DNA from: an uncultured Clostridia bacterium
Lineage (GTDB): Bacteria; Bacillota; Clostridia; Christensenellales; Borkfalkiaceae
Length of the DNA: 61,787 bases
Assembly (NCBI GenBank): GCA_964624495.1
Contig: CAZUYN010000001.1
Span: forward strand, 1-61,787
Direction: 5' to 3'
Position numbers and translations under genes: made by a program. Below, piece by piece: positions 36,211-45,987 of the stretch. Each line of letters begins with the position of its first letter. The first letter of the stretch is position 1. The notes below the pieces were generated by a model. It had not been told where the DNA came from, searched no databases, and worked only from the letters and a program-made list of their open reading frames with translations.

Positions 36211-36939
36211 TTATTTCCGGTTATTGCCTATGTGCAGCATCTTTTTAAGCGAAGTATGGTGCTCTTCGCCCTGCACGAGACGGTAAAGGTTTTGGTTGTG
36301 CGCGCCCCAGGTTATGAGGTTGAGCGTTAGCAAAATCATAAACAAAGTTATGACGTAGGGATTGTTTAAACAGCCGTCATAGCGGAGAATAAACACTATA
36401 AGCTGCCATACGGTAAAGCCCGAAACGCCTATGAGCGAGCCCATCGAACCCCATTCGGTAAAGAATGCGTAGACGAACAGCAGCACGAACAGACCGAGCC
36501 CCGCAAAGGCGAACCACCAGGTATCGCAGGCGAGCGAGCACCACAGCAGCCCTATGGTCGTAGAAATTCCTTTACCCCCCTTGAATTTCAGAAATACGGG
36601 AAAGACGTGACCGAGCACGGCAAACAGGGCGAAAAAGTAGCGCATAAAATCGGAGACGGAAATCTCCGTGCCCTTGAACACCATACCGCTGAAACAGAAA
36701 TGCCCCACGAGCACGGGCACGACCCCCTTTAAGGCGTCGCATACGAAGTTTATCAGTCCGTATTTGAAACCGAGCTTACGGGATACGTTCATTGCGCCGG
36801 GGTTACCGCCGTCTTTCGTAACGTCCACGCGCTTTATTTTGGCTATTAAAATCGCAAAGTGGAAACAGCCTATCAGATAGAAAACGACAGCCCCTATCAC
36901 AAGCCAATACCACCCCTGCGCTATGTCGAACTCTTTCAT
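36211..36939 (-). CDS. plsY: Glycerol-3-phosphate acyltransferase PlsY
   Basis: Motifs GGNPGAMNVSR, KG..P and FKGGKGISTTIG. Start overlaps the der stop. Confidence 0.9.
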   Translation of the reverse strand: MKEFDIAQGWYWLVIGAVVFYLIGCFHFAILIAKIKRVDVTKDGGNPGAMNVSRKLGFKYGLINFVCDALKGVVPVLVGHFCFSGMVFKGTEISVSDFMRYFFALFAVLGHVFPVFLKFKGGKGISTTIGLLWCSLACDTWWFAFAGLGLFVLLFVYAFFTEWGSMGSLIGVSGFTVWQLIVFILRYDGCLNNPYVITLFMILLTLNLITWGAHNQNLYRLVQGEEHHTSLKKMLHIGNNRK

Positions 36940-38249
36940 CAGTCTTCCTTCTTTTCCCTTGCGACAATCTTTACGGGCGTGCCCGAGAAATCGAACGCTC
37001 CCCTTATCGTATTTTCCAAAAAACGCCGATATGAAAAGTGCATCAGGTTACTGCTGTTTACGAACAGGACAAAGGTCGGCGGCGCGACCGAAACCTGCGA
37101 AGCGTAGTAAACTTTGAGTCTTTTGCCGTTATACGAGGGCGGCTCGTTTGCGCGGACGGCATCTAATATAAGGTCGTTTAAAGTACCCGTTGAAATCCGT
37201 CTTTGCGAGTTGGCGTATACCGCGTCAACCTCTTTCATAATCTTTTCGGCGCGCTGACCCGTCTTTGCCGAAACGTAGACGGGGCGGAAATAGTCCATAA
37301 ACTTCAAATCTTCTTTAAGCTTTTCGTTGAACTCGTTAACGGTATTCGTATCCTTTTCGATTAAATCCCATTTGTTCATAACGATGACGGAGGGCTTGCC
37401 CTGTTCGTGGACGTAGCCTATGATTTTGGTATCCTGTTCGGTCAAGTTTTCCGAGCAGTCCACCACGAGCAGGCAGACGTCGGCGCGGCGCACCGCGTCG
37501 AAAGCGCGCATAACCGAATAATATTCGATATCGTCCTCCACCTTTGCCTTTTTGCGTATACCCGCGGTATCGATTATGGTGTATTTTTTGCCGTCGTATT
37601 CGAACCCGGTGTCTATCGCGTCGCGCGTAGTGCCCGCGACGTCGGTAACGATCGTACGTTCGAAGCCGAGCAGTCTGTTGACTATACTGCTTTTACCCGC
37701 GTTGGGCTTGCCGACGACGGCTATTTTTAAGCCGTCGTCCTCCTCGTTTTCGCACTTTTCGAACCGGCTTACCGTTTCGTCGAGGACGTCGCCTATGCCC
37801 TTGCCGTGCTCGGAGGAAACGGGAAAGGGCTCTCCCAAGCCCAGAGAATAAAATTCGAACACCTTATCCTCGGAATATTCGTCCACTTTATTTACGACCA
37901 AAATTACGGGCTTTTTGGAACGGCGCAGCATATCCGCCACGTCGTAGTCCGAAGTAGTCATCCCCTCTTTCGCGTCCACGAAGAAAAGTATGACCTGCGC
38001 CGTGTCGATTGCGACCTCCGCCTGTTTTTTAATCTGGCGCCACATAACGTCGTCGCTCTTCAATTCTATGCCGCCCGTATCGACGAGCGAAAACGCCTTG
38101 CCGCGCCATTCCGCGTCGGCGTACAGCCTGTCACGCGTGACTCCCGGCCTGTCCTCGGTTATAGATATTTTTCTGCCGACGACCTTATTGAAAAACGTAC
38201 TCTTGCCTACGTTAGGTCTGCCGACTATTGCCACTAAAGGATTTGCCAT
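36939..38249 (-). CDS. der: Ribosome-biogenesis GTPase Der (EngA)
   Basis: Two tandem GTPase domains (GRPNVGKST... and GKPNAGKSS...) plus a KH-like C-terminus. Confidence 0.93.
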   Translation of the reverse strand: MANPLVAIVGRPNVGKSTFFNKVVGRKISITEDRPGVTRDRLYADAEWRGKAFSLVDTGGIELKSDDVMWRQIKKQAEVAIDTAQVILFFVDAKEGMTTSDYDVADMLRRSKKPVILVVNKVDEYSEDKVFEFYSLGLGEPFPVSSEHGKGIGDVLDETVSRFEKCENEEDDGLKIAVVGKPNAGKSSIVNRLLGFERTIVTDVAGTTRDAIDTGFEYDGKKYTIIDTAGIRKKAKVEDDIEYYSVMRAFDAVRRADVCLLVVDCSENLTEQDTKIIGYVHEQGKPSVIVMNKWDLIEKDTNTVNEFNEKLKEDLKFMDYFRPVYVSAKTGQRAEKIMKEVDAVYANSQRRISTGTLNDLILDAVRANEPPSYNGKRLKVYYASQVSVAPPTFVLFVNSSNLMHFSYRRFLENTIRGAFDFSGTPVKIVAREKKED

Positions 38250-38357
38250 ATTGCCGCTTTCCGATTATTTTTTTACGGCTTTATTATATAGTAAGTCCGT
38301 AAAAAAGTAAAGCGGTTTATGCCGCATAAGCACAAACCGCCGTAAAATCATATTCTG

Positions 38358-38714
38358 TCAAAGTCCTACCGCTACGCCGAGGATGTTTACGCCGAGGATA
38401 CCCAAAAGAGCCATAACCGCAAATACCCAGAAAGCAATTCTCCAACCCTTCGACTTGCTCCTCGAATGGGCATATCCGGCAAGGAACACGCTGATAAAGA
38501 ACGCGAGCTCGGAAATCAAGCTCATAACGTTTATCACCCTGCCGAGCGTACTGCCGACGCCTGAAATAAGCTCTAACTTAACCAATAAGCTGATGACGAA
38601 GTTTATTATGCCGACTATACCGGCAATGATAAGCCCCCAAAACGCCGTAACTTTTACCCAATGATAATTTGACGATGTAGCCGTGGTCGTCGTTTTCGTT
38701 GTCTTTTTTGTCAT
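38358..38714 (-). CDS. Small membrane protein, unknown function
   Basis: Thr-rich N-terminus followed by three to four hydrophobic helices. SD GAAGGAG. Confidence 0.5.
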   Translation of the reverse strand: MTKKTTKTTTTATSSNYHWVKVTAFWGLIIAGIVGIINFVISLLVKLELISGVGSTLGRVINVMSLISELAFFISVFLAGYAHSRSKSKGWRIAFWVFAVMALLGILGVNILGVAVGL

Positions 38715-38778
38715 AACAAATCTCCTTCTTGTTTTATCGGATTTATTTTAACATCCGCGAGCTCAAAAATCAATCGTT

Positions 38779-39699
38779 TTAAACTATAAATTTAAAGCCG
38801 AGTTTTTTTAAAACGGCGCAAAAATAATCGGGCAGGGGCGCGGTAAAGCTCATCGCTTCGCCCGTGACGGGGTGGGTGAATTCCAGCCTGTACGCGTGCA
38901 GAAGCTGACCGTTTAACCCGAACTCCCTCTTTTTTCTGCCGTAGACATCGTCGCCGACCACGGGGTGGTTCAAATACCTTGCGTGTACCCTTATCTGGTG
39001 CGTTCTGCCCGTGCGCAAATCGAAACGGCACAGCGTATAGCCGTTGTTCCTCTCCAATACCTTATAGTCGGTTACGGCTATCTTGCCCTTGTCGGGGGGT
39101 ACCACCGCCATTTTAACCCTGTCGTTGGGGTTGCGCCCGATATAGGTCGTGACCGTGCCTTCGTCGTCTTTGAGGTTGCCCTCCAAAAGCGCGAGATATG
39201 TGCGGCGGCAGGACTTTTCCGCAATCTGTTCCGAAAGGCTTAAATGCGCTCCGTCGGTCTTTGCCACCACGAGCAGACCCGAGGTGTTTTTATCTATTCT
39301 GTGCACGATGCCCGGGCGTATTACTCCGCCGATACCGCTTAAATTTTTCAGTCTGAACAGCAGGGCGTTGACCAACGTGCCGTCAACATTTCCGTTGCCC
39401 GCGTGCACGGTCAGCCCCTGCGGCTTGTTTATTACCGCCAGATATTCGTCCTCGTAAATTATATCTATGGGGATATCTTCGGGACGGGCGGCGCATTGTT
39501 CGGGGTCGGGCAGAACCACGTCTATCACCTTGCCCGACGCAACGCTTTGCGAAGGCTTTAAAGGCTTGCCGTCCATAGTAACCGCTCCGCTTTCAAACAG
39601 CTTTTTGACCGCCGAACGGGTATATCCCGAAAGGCTTTCGCAGACGAACACGTCCGCCCTGCCGTACGTTGCCGCGGCGGTCAGCGATAACTCCTTCAC
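38779..39699 (-). CDS. rluD: RluA-family 23S rRNA pseudouridine synthase (RluD-like)
   Basis: N-terminal S4 domain and the catalytic motif HRIDKNTSGLLVVAK. 4-nt overlap with lspA. Confidence 0.88.
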   Translation of the reverse strand: MKELSLTAAATYGRADVFVCESLSGYTRSAVKKLFESGAVTMDGKPLKPSQSVASGKVIDVVLPDPEQCAARPEDIPIDIIYEDEYLAVINKPQGLTVHAGNGNVDGTLVNALLFRLKNLSGIGGVIRPGIVHRIDKNTSGLLVVAKTDGAHLSLSEQIAEKSCRRTYLALLEGNLKDDEGTVTTYIGRNPNDRVKMAVVPPDKGKIAVTDYKVLERNNGYTLCRFDLRTGRTHQIRVHARYLNHPVVGDDVYGRKKREFGLNGQLLHAYRLEFTHPVTGEAMSFTAPLPDYFCAVLKKLGFKFIV

Positions 39700-40370
39700 C
39701 GCTCTTCCCCGTCGTCGGGATTAGCCTCCGCCGATACGTCTTTGCCGCCGACTTCCGCGTCGGTTTTTTCAACAGAGTCAAACCTTTCCGCCGCGTCTGA
39801 ATTTTCCGCCTCCGTCTGCTTCCGGGATTTTTGCGCCGCCTTCGCCCTCTTCGTAAGGGGGAAAGCCGCCCATTCGTTTAAAAACAGCATATCTATAACG
39901 GCGATAACCACGCCGAAGGTTATCCAGAAGTCGGCGAAATTACAGCACGCCATATTGCCGAACATCCACACGTTGACGAAATCGCGCACGCAACCGAGGG
40001 CAAGCCTGTCTACGAGGTTGCCCATAGCTCCCGCCATAATGAGGATAACCGCGGTCTTTAATACGACGAACCGTTTGGGTACGAGCAGGAACGCCGCCGC
40101 CATAACGGCAAGCATAATAAAGGTTATTGTTATGAAAAAGGTCTGCGCCCAGGCTTTATCGTCTAAAAAAGAGAACGCCGCGCCCGTATTGGGCCGGACG
40201 CGCACCACCTCTATCACCTTGGGGATAACCGTAAATTCCCATTCGTAGCGCTGCGCGCAATATTTTAAAACGAGGTCAGCCGTAAGCAGTACGGCAAATA
40301 CCGCAATTAAAATCAGCCCCGATTTGCCTATGCTTATTTTGAACTTAAACCTTTTCCTATCTTCCGACAT
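39696..40370 (-). CDS. lspA: Lipoprotein signal peptidase II with a ~55-aa charged C-terminal extension
   Basis: Motifs GAMGNLVDRL, VRDFV and NFADFWITFG. The tail is TKRAKAAQKSRKQTEAENSD... The minus strand reads TGcTATAAT (40377-40385), then 6 nt, then ATG 40370. Confidence 0.88.
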   Translation of the reverse strand: MSEDRKRFKFKISIGKSGLILIAVFAVLLTADLVLKYCAQRYEWEFTVIPKVIEVVRVRPNTGAAFSFLDDKAWAQTFFITITFIMLAVMAAAFLLVPKRFVVLKTAVILIMAGAMGNLVDRLALGCVRDFVNVWMFGNMACCNFADFWITFGVVIAVIDMLFLNEWAAFPLTKRAKAAQKSRKQTEAENSDAAERFDSVEKTDAEVGGKDVSAEANPDDGEER

Positions 40371-40451
40371 ACTCCCATTATAGCATAACCGAACGCACTT
40401 TAAAAGCGTTTGCGCCGAATTTTTGTTGAAAAATCGGCGTAATATAAAATA

Positions 40452-40480
40452 AAGCGGGATTTGAAATTCATATCCCGCTT
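40452..40480. terminator. Terminator downstream of mazF
   Basis: AAGCGGGAT ... ATCCCGCTT forms a 9-bp stem with T-rich tracts on both strands. Confidence 0.7.
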
Positions 40481-40504
40481 TTTTCTTTTAATTTTTCAGT
40501 AAAT

Positions 40505-40855
40505 TTACTGTTTGATAAAGCCGAGGCTGATAAGTATCGCCTTATCTACCTTTGACATAGTGATTTCGGGCAGGGAGCCTATCCTCTCTTTAAGTCTGCG
40601 CTTATCGAGTGTGCGTATCTGCTCCAATAATATTACAGACTCCTTTGCAAGCCCGTATTCGCCGACAGGCAGCTCTATATGCGTGGGCAGCTTTGCCTTG
40701 TTTATTTTGCTTGTAACTGCCGCCGCTATTATAGTGGGCGAATATTTATTGCCCACGTCGTTCTGCACGACCAATACGGGGCGCACCCCGCCCTGCTCGC
40801 TGCCCACCACGGGCGACAGGTCGGCATAGTACAGTTCGCCTCGTTTAATGGTCAT
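40505..40855 (-). CDS. mazF: PemK/MazF-family endoribonuclease toxin (EndoA/NdoA-like)
   Basis: 116 aa: [47 protein letters not shown]...[24 protein letters not shown]. Confidence 0.88.
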   Translation of the reverse strand: MTIKRGELYYADLSPVVGSEQGGVRPVLVVQNDVGNKYSPTIIAAAVTSKINKAKLPTHIELPVGEYGLAKESVILLEQIRTLDKRRLKERIGSLPEITMSKVDKAILISLGFIKQ

Positions 40856-40997
40856 ATTTATACCTCGTCGATTATTATTACGGGCGGTTAAAACGCTTTT
40901 ACCCTTTTACGGTTTAATACATTATACGCCCGCCGCAAGCTTAATTGTTGACTTCTGTTTGAAATTTTATACGGTGAAAATGCGCCTTGCGCAAGTT

Positions 40998-42131
40998 TTA
41001 CATTTTCGTAAAAATTGCCGGAATCTGCAAGACGGGGAGCACTCCGCAAGCCGCTAAAATACGGTAGGTGAAATAGGCGACCAGCAGGGTAAGCATGGTT
41101 ATGCCTGCCGCTTTGCCGAGCTTGTTGCCCCCGAAAAACGAAAAGCCGAGCAAAACCGCGGCGGCGACAATAGACATATAGCCGTCGAGCAGGGCGGTTA
41201 AGTCGAACGCGACCCCTGCCGCCCCCGTGCAGACAAAGCCCAGCCCCGCCACGAACAAAATATTGGCGATATTACTGCCGATGATATTGCCCGTCGCAAG
41301 CCCCATATCACCCTTCTTCGCGGCGGCTATCGAAGTGACCAGCTCCGGCAGGGAGGTTCCGAACGCGACTACCGTCAAAGCCACGACGTTGGTGGGCAGA
41401 CGGAAGAGGTCTTCGGCAATTAAAGTGGCGTTATCCACGACGAGCTGTGCGCCGCCGACGACCATCGCAAGCCCGATTACCGTTATCAAGACCAGAAACC
41501 AGGTTTTTCCCGAGAGTTCTTCGTATTTCAGCTTTAATTTATCGATAAAGCCCATAAAGCCGCCCCTCGGTCGGGCGGAAGCGCCCGTTGCAACCCCGGC
41601 GGAAGCCGTAGCCGCCGAAGCTTCCGCGTCAAGCAAGACCGGTCCGCTACGCTTTGCCATAACTACCGTATACGCCATAAAGCAGGCGTAAAGGACGATT
41701 AAAATAAGTCCGTCGTACCAGGCGTAGCCGCCGCCCAAATCGCCGAGCAGAATAAATATAAAACTTATTATTATAAGAAAGGGTATTTCGATATAACGGG
41801 AGCTCTTTTCCACGGGAACCTTGGTGATTACCGCCGACAGACCGAGTATAAGCAGAATATTAATCATATTACTGCCGAGGACGTTGCCCATAATCACGTC
41901 TGCGCCCGACGGTTCGCCGAGGGCGGTCTTTATGCCGCCTATCACCGACACCGCGGCTTCGGGCGCGGAAGTACCCAGCGCGACCACCGTCAGACCTATT
42001 ATAAAGGTCGAAACGTGCAACTTTTTCGCAATGCCTGCGGCGCCGTCCACAAAGAAGTCCGCGCCCTTAACCAACAATACGAAGCCGACTATGAGTAGAA
42101 AAAACCAAAGTATCGCCCGAAGACCGTCCAT
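40998..42131 (-). CDS. CaCA-family (YrbG-like) sodium/calcium antiporter
   Basis: Two alpha-repeats, GNVLGSNMINILLILG and GNIIGSNIANILFVAG, separated by a hydrophilic loop. SD AAGGGAG. Confidence 0.88.
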   Translation of the reverse strand: MDGLRAILWFFLLIVGFVLLVKGADFFVDGAAGIAKKLHVSTFIIGLTVVALGTSAPEAAVSVIGGIKTALGEPSGADVIMGNVLGSNMINILLILGLSAVITKVPVEKSSRYIEIPFLIIISFIFILLGDLGGGYAWYDGLILIVLYACFMAYTVVMAKRSGPVLLDAEASAATASAGVATGASARPRGGFMGFIDKLKLKYEELSGKTWFLVLITVIGLAMVVGGAQLVVDNATLIAEDLFRLPTNVVALTVVAFGTSLPELVTSIAAAKKGDMGLATGNIIGSNIANILFVAGLGFVCTGAAGVAFDLTALLDGYMSIVAAAVLLGFSFFGGNKLGKAAGITMLTLLVAYFTYRILAACGVLPVLQIPAIFTKM

Positions 42132-42195
42132 TTATAAAACTCCCTTATTTAAATTTGCTTAACCGAAACCGTAAATATAATTAAGTTAAAGCGCC

Positions 42196-42240
42196 GAAAA
42201 AAAACAGACTTTTAACTTAAATTTCTTTAAGTTAAAAGTC
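42196..42240 (-). terminator. Rho-independent terminator of the recX-birA-nnrD operon
   Basis: Perfect 16-bp AT-rich stem AGACTTTTAACTTAAA / TTTAAGTTAAAAGTCT (42205-42240), followed by T8 on the minus strand. Confidence 0.8.
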
Positions 42241-42336
42241 TTGTTACCGAATGAAACATCGCGGTGTCAAACTCCGAGCGGTTGCGCTGTCTTGACGAAG
42301 TTTGCCTTAAACTACTCCCTTTCAACGGCAGTCATT

Positions 42337-43248
42337 TTAACACGGCTTGCAACCTTCTGTCAAGCGTTTGAGGGCGTTCGGGATATTTTTAATTATCTCC
42401 TCCGCAGTCACGGCGTAGTCGGTCATGGTCTGCGAGCACAGCTCTGCGGCGACCCCGATAACATATTGGGCGCAAACCGCCGCGTCGAAGAGCGAAAGTC
42501 CGCGAGCCGCGCTGCCGCAGATAAACCCCGAGAGCATATCGCCGCTGCCCGCCTTTGCGAGCGCCGTCGTTCCGCGCGCGTTTATCACCTTTTTGCCGTC
42601 GCTTCCGCAGGTGACCGAAACCGCGCTTTTAAGGTGGACGGTCACGTTATATTTTTCGGCAAAGCCGTACGCCGCGCCCGCGGGGTCTTTTAAGACCTCC
42701 TCCGACGACAGCTTGCACAGCCTTGCCATTTCGCCGACGTGCGGCGTAAGCAACACCTCGGCGCGGGTATCCTTTAAAACCTGCGCGCCGTAAACGGAGA
42801 GAACGTTCAGACCGTCGGCGTCGATAACCAGCTTACCCTTATAGCTTTTCAACAGCTTGCACAGCTGCGCATAAGTGCGTTCGCCGCACCCCTTGCCCAT
42901 CCCGAAAGCCACCGCCGAGGCGTCGGTAAAGGGCTCTTCGCGGTAAATGCACTGCGGATAGACCGCCGCCAAAGCATACTTAAAGCTTTGCGGAACGGCG
43001 GCGTAGACATAGCCGCAACCGCTTCTGAGGGCGGCGGCGATTGACAGCGCGCAAGCCCCCAAATACGTCTCCGAGCCGGCGACAAGGCAGGCGCTTCCGT
43101 AGCTGCCCTTATGAGTGTTCCGCGGACGCGGCGGAAAGAACGCGGCTATATCGCCGTCCTCCGCGACCTCGCCGTCGCGCATATCCGATAAAATTTTGAT
43201 AAGCTCCGCGTCGTTTAAGGCGCGGACGTAATCTATACAGCGTTGCAT
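42337..43248 (-). CDS. nnrD: ADP-dependent NAD(P)H-hydrate dehydratase (YjeF C-terminal type)
   Basis: Motifs HKGSYGS, LTPHVGEMARL and GSGDMLSG. ATG 43248 (MQRCIDY...) is preferred over the Arg-rich ORF-track extension. 16-nt overlap with birA. Confidence 0.85.
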   Translation of the reverse strand: MQRCIDYVRALNDAELIKILSDMRDGEVAEDGDIAAFFPPRPRNTHKGSYGSACLVAGSETYLGACALSIAAALRSGCGYVYAAVPQSFKYALAAVYPQCIYREEPFTDASAVAFGMGKGCGERTYAQLCKLLKSYKGKLVIDADGLNVLSVYGAQVLKDTRAEVLLTPHVGEMARLCKLSSEEVLKDPAGAAYGFAEKYNVTVHLKSAVSVTCGSDGKKVINARGTTALAKAGSGDMLSGFICGSAARGLSLFDAAVCAQYVIGVAAELCSQTMTDYAVTAEEIIKNIPNALKRLTEGCKPC

Positions 43249-43934
43249 TTTAACCTCAGGCTCATTTCGCCGTTGCTGATTTTTTTGATTTCTCCGCCGA
43301 TATTGCAGATTAAATTTCCGCCGCCGTCCACGTCGAGCGCGGTTGCCTTTACCTTTGCTCCGCCGTCGTCGAGATAAACGTCTTTCCCGAACCAATCGAC
43401 GTAGGCTTTATAATCGTCCACGGTGTAGCCGTTCTGCAAATTTTTGATAAGCTGAGTCCGCACAGATTTAAGATTGAGCCTTCTGCCCCTGCATTCGCGC
43501 ATGGTGGTGGCGATATCCGACAGCTCCCGCGGCAAGACGTTGTTGACGTTTAAGCCTATACCGACTATCGAAACGCACACGTTGTCCGCGCAGAGGCGGT
43601 TTTCGATAAGCGTTCCGCAGATTTTTTTGCCGTTTACAAGGACGTCGTTCGCCCACTTTATGTTCGGGGCGATCCCGAAATGCTTTAACGTTTCGCAGAC
43701 GGCTACGCACGAGTTTATCATAATCGAAAACGTGTTTTCGAATTTGAAATTTTTGAAGGTGTTCATCACCGAAACGTACAGTCCGCCCTCGTCGGAGACA
43801 AAGCTTCTGCCCTTGGTGCCCCTGCCCCCGGTCTGGCGCTTTGCGGTCACGATAAGGCTTTCCTCCATGGGAAAGCGTTTACAAAAATCGTTGGTGCTGT
43901 CTATTTCTTCAAGTTCAATTATCTTCGTCTTCAT
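43233..43934 (-). CDS. birA: Biotin--[acetyl-CoA-carboxylase] ligase (class I, no HTH domain)
   Basis: Motif KRQTGGRGTKGRSF (GRGRxGR-type) and catalytic-domain pattern. 233 aa, so it lacks an N-terminal repressor domain. Confidence 0.85.
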   Translation of the reverse strand: MKTKIIELEEIDSTNDFCKRFPMEESLIVTAKRQTGGRGTKGRSFVSDEGGLYVSVMNTFKNFKFENTFSIMINSCVAVCETLKHFGIAPNIKWANDVLVNGKKICGTLIENRLCADNVCVSIVGIGLNVNNVLPRELSDIATTMRECRGRRLNLKSVRTQLIKNLQNGYTVDDYKAYVDWFGKDVYLDDGGAKVKATALDVDGGGNLICNIGGEIKKISNGEMSLRLKCNAV

Positions 43935-44529
43935 TCAACCTTTCGCCCGCCGCCTTTACCGTATCGTAATCGTACCCCTTAGAGATAAGATATCGGCAGC
44001 CCTTATATATATTTTCCTTAGACAGTTCCTTCCCCCTTAAATATTTTTGAAGGAGTAAAAGCGCTTCGCCTTCGTCGTCGGAATAGTCCGCAAGCTCCTC
44101 TTCCGCGGTCGCCCTGTCTACGCCGCGCTTTAAAAGCTCTGCCTCAATCGCCCGTTTGGATTTATGGGATACGCTTTCGATATACGCCCTGCAATACTGC
44201 CTGTCGTCGGCGTAGCCGTAATAGTCCAGCTTCTCCATAACGTAATCTATTACCGCGCCCACATAACCTTTTCCGGCAAGAAAATCGGTTATCTGCTTCC
44301 TCGTCTTGGGCGAAGCGGATATATGCGTAAGGGCTTTATCCACAGCCTGCGCCTTTTCGGTTTCGAGCTGAATTAAATCGAGCTGCGATTTATCCACCGT
44401 CATTCCGGCTTTAAGGCGGTATCTGACGGCGACTTCGAGCTTTATGCCGCAGTAAAATCTGCCGTCCACAAAGACCGAACAGCGCGTTTTGTCTTTGACC
44501 TGCGGTTCGATTGAGGTTATCGTAGACAT
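43915..44529 (-). CDS. recX: RecX family recombination regulator
   Basis: Three-repeat helical protein with the typical N-terminus (...RCSVFVDGRFYCGIKLEVAVRYRLKAG...). SD AAGGAGGA. Confidence 0.78.
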   Translation of the reverse strand: MSTITSIEPQVKDKTRCSVFVDGRFYCGIKLEVAVRYRLKAGMTVDKSQLDLIQLETEKAQAVDKALTHISASPKTRKQITDFLAGKGYVGAVIDYVMEKLDYYGYADDRQYCRAYIESVSHKSKRAIEAELLKRGVDRATAEEELADYSDDEGEALLLLQKYLRGKELSKENIYKGCRYLISKGYDYDTVKAAGERLNEDEDN

Positions 44530-44601
44530 AATTAATTCCCCGTCCTCCTTGCCTTAAATTTTCTTTTAATTTTAACATCGGCAACCTTTTTTGTCAATCG
44601 T

Positions 44602-44630
44602 TTGACTTTAACGCACGGGCGATATATAAT
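44602..44630 (+). promoter_or_regulatory. Sigma-A-type promoter of ilvE
   Basis: TTGACT (44602-44607), 17 nt, TATAAT (44625-44630). Confidence 0.6.
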
Positions 44631-44664
44631 ATTAAGTAATTTTAAAAACCGCAGGTAAAATTTT

Positions 44665-45687
44665 ATGGCAGTTGATATCGATTGGTCCAAGCTCGGCTTC
44701 GGATACGTTAAGACGCCCTACCGTTTCGTCGCCTCGTTCAAAGACGGCAAATGGGACGAAGGCGGTCTTACGGAGGACGATAAAATAGTCATCTCGGAAT
44801 GCGCGGGCGTTTTGCAGTATGCGCAGACCGCTTTCGAAGGGCTGAAAGCCTACACCACCAAGCAGGGTAAAATAGTCGTATTCCGCCCCGACCTCAACGC
44901 CGAGCGTATGGCGCAGTCCGCCGCAAGGCTGGAAATGCCCGTCTTGCCCGACGGAATGTTTTTGAAGGCGGTCGGGCAGGTCGTATCCGCAAACAGGGAA
45001 TACGTCCCCCCTTACGGCAGCGGAGCGACGCTTTATTTAAGACCGTATATGTTCGGCTCCTCGCCCGTTATAGGCGTCAAGCCTGCGGAGGAATACATAT
45101 TCAGGCTGTTCGCAACCCCCGTAGGTCCTTATTTCAAGGGCGGCGTAAAGCCCATAACCATAAGGGTTTGCGACTTTGACAGGGCGGCGCCCAACGGCAC
45201 GGGGCATATCAAGGCAGGGCTTAATTATGCGATGAGCCTCCACGCGATAGTGGACGCGCACAAAAAGGGCTTCGACGAAAATATGTATCTTGACGCCGCC
45301 ACGCGCACTTACGTTGAGGAGACGGGCGGCGCAAACTTCCTGTTCATCACCAAAGACGGCAAGGTGGTCACGCCCAAGTCGGATTCCATTCTCCCCTCCG
45401 TTACGCGCCGTTCGCTTTGCTACGTCGCGGAAAAATATCTGGGAATGACGGTCGAGCACAGACCCGTCAAATTGGAAGAGGTCAAAGATTTTGCGGAATG
45501 CGGACTTTGCGGCACGGCGGCGGTAATTTCGCCCGTCGGCAAGATAGTAGACCACGGCAGGGAGATAGTATTCCCCTCCGGCATGGAAAATATGGGCGAA
45601 GTAACCCGTAAGCTGTACGACCTGCTGACGGGCATACAGATGGGTGAAATCCCCGCGCCCGAGGGCTGGATACACGAAATTATATAA
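44665..45687 (+). CDS. ilvE: Branched-chain amino acid aminotransferase
   Basis: Class IV aminotransferase pattern (QYAQTAFEGLKAY, EETGGANF, GTAAVISPV). Confidence 0.9.
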   Translation: MAVDIDWSKLGFGYVKTPYRFVASFKDGKWDEGGLTEDDKIVISECAGVLQYAQTAFEGLKAYTTKQGKIVVFRPDLNAERMAQSAARLEMPVLPDGMFLKAVGQVVSANREYVPPYGSGATLYLRPYMFGSSPVIGVKPAEEYIFRLFATPVGPYFKGGVKPITIRVCDFDRAAPNGTGHIKAGLNYAMSLHAIVDAHKKGFDENMYLDAATRTYVEETGGANFLFITKDGKVVTPKSDSILPSVTRRSLCYVAEKYLGMTVEHRPVKLEEVKDFAECGLCGTAAVISPVGKIVDHGREIVFPSGMENMGEVTRKLYDLLTGIQMGEIPAPEGWIHEII

Positions 45688-45733
45688 TCGCTTTTTCCTG
45701 TTGCGTCCGCGACGGGGCGCGGCATACGACAAA

Positions 45734-45765
45734 ACGGCGGCACGGCGTAAAACCGCCGTTTTTTA
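45734..45765 (+). terminator. Rho-independent terminator of ilvE
   Basis: ACGGCGG ... CCGCCGT stem followed by T6. Confidence 0.75.
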
Positions 45766-45987
45766 TTGCGATTAAAGCGTATTTTTTTCGGGCGGACGGC
45801 AAAGAAAACGCACGGGGTGAGCCGTGCGTCTTCAAAAAAGAGAGAATATGAAAAAAGTTAGTGTGTGCAACAGTTAGTTTTTCCGGTTAAGAGTTTTATA
45901 TTTCCGACCTCTCCCCCGTTTTTATGGTTTGATTATAATACGCGTTTGTGTAAAACGTATGAAAAATTAATGTTTTTAATGTAAAGT

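Noticed and set aside
40856-40997. Possible hidden MazE antitoxin or ToxI-like repeat RNA upstream of mazF
   Set aside because: Neither strand has an ORF beyond 2-3 codons, and there are no tandem repeats. Only a weak 6-bp long-range stem is present. The absence itself is reported as a finding.
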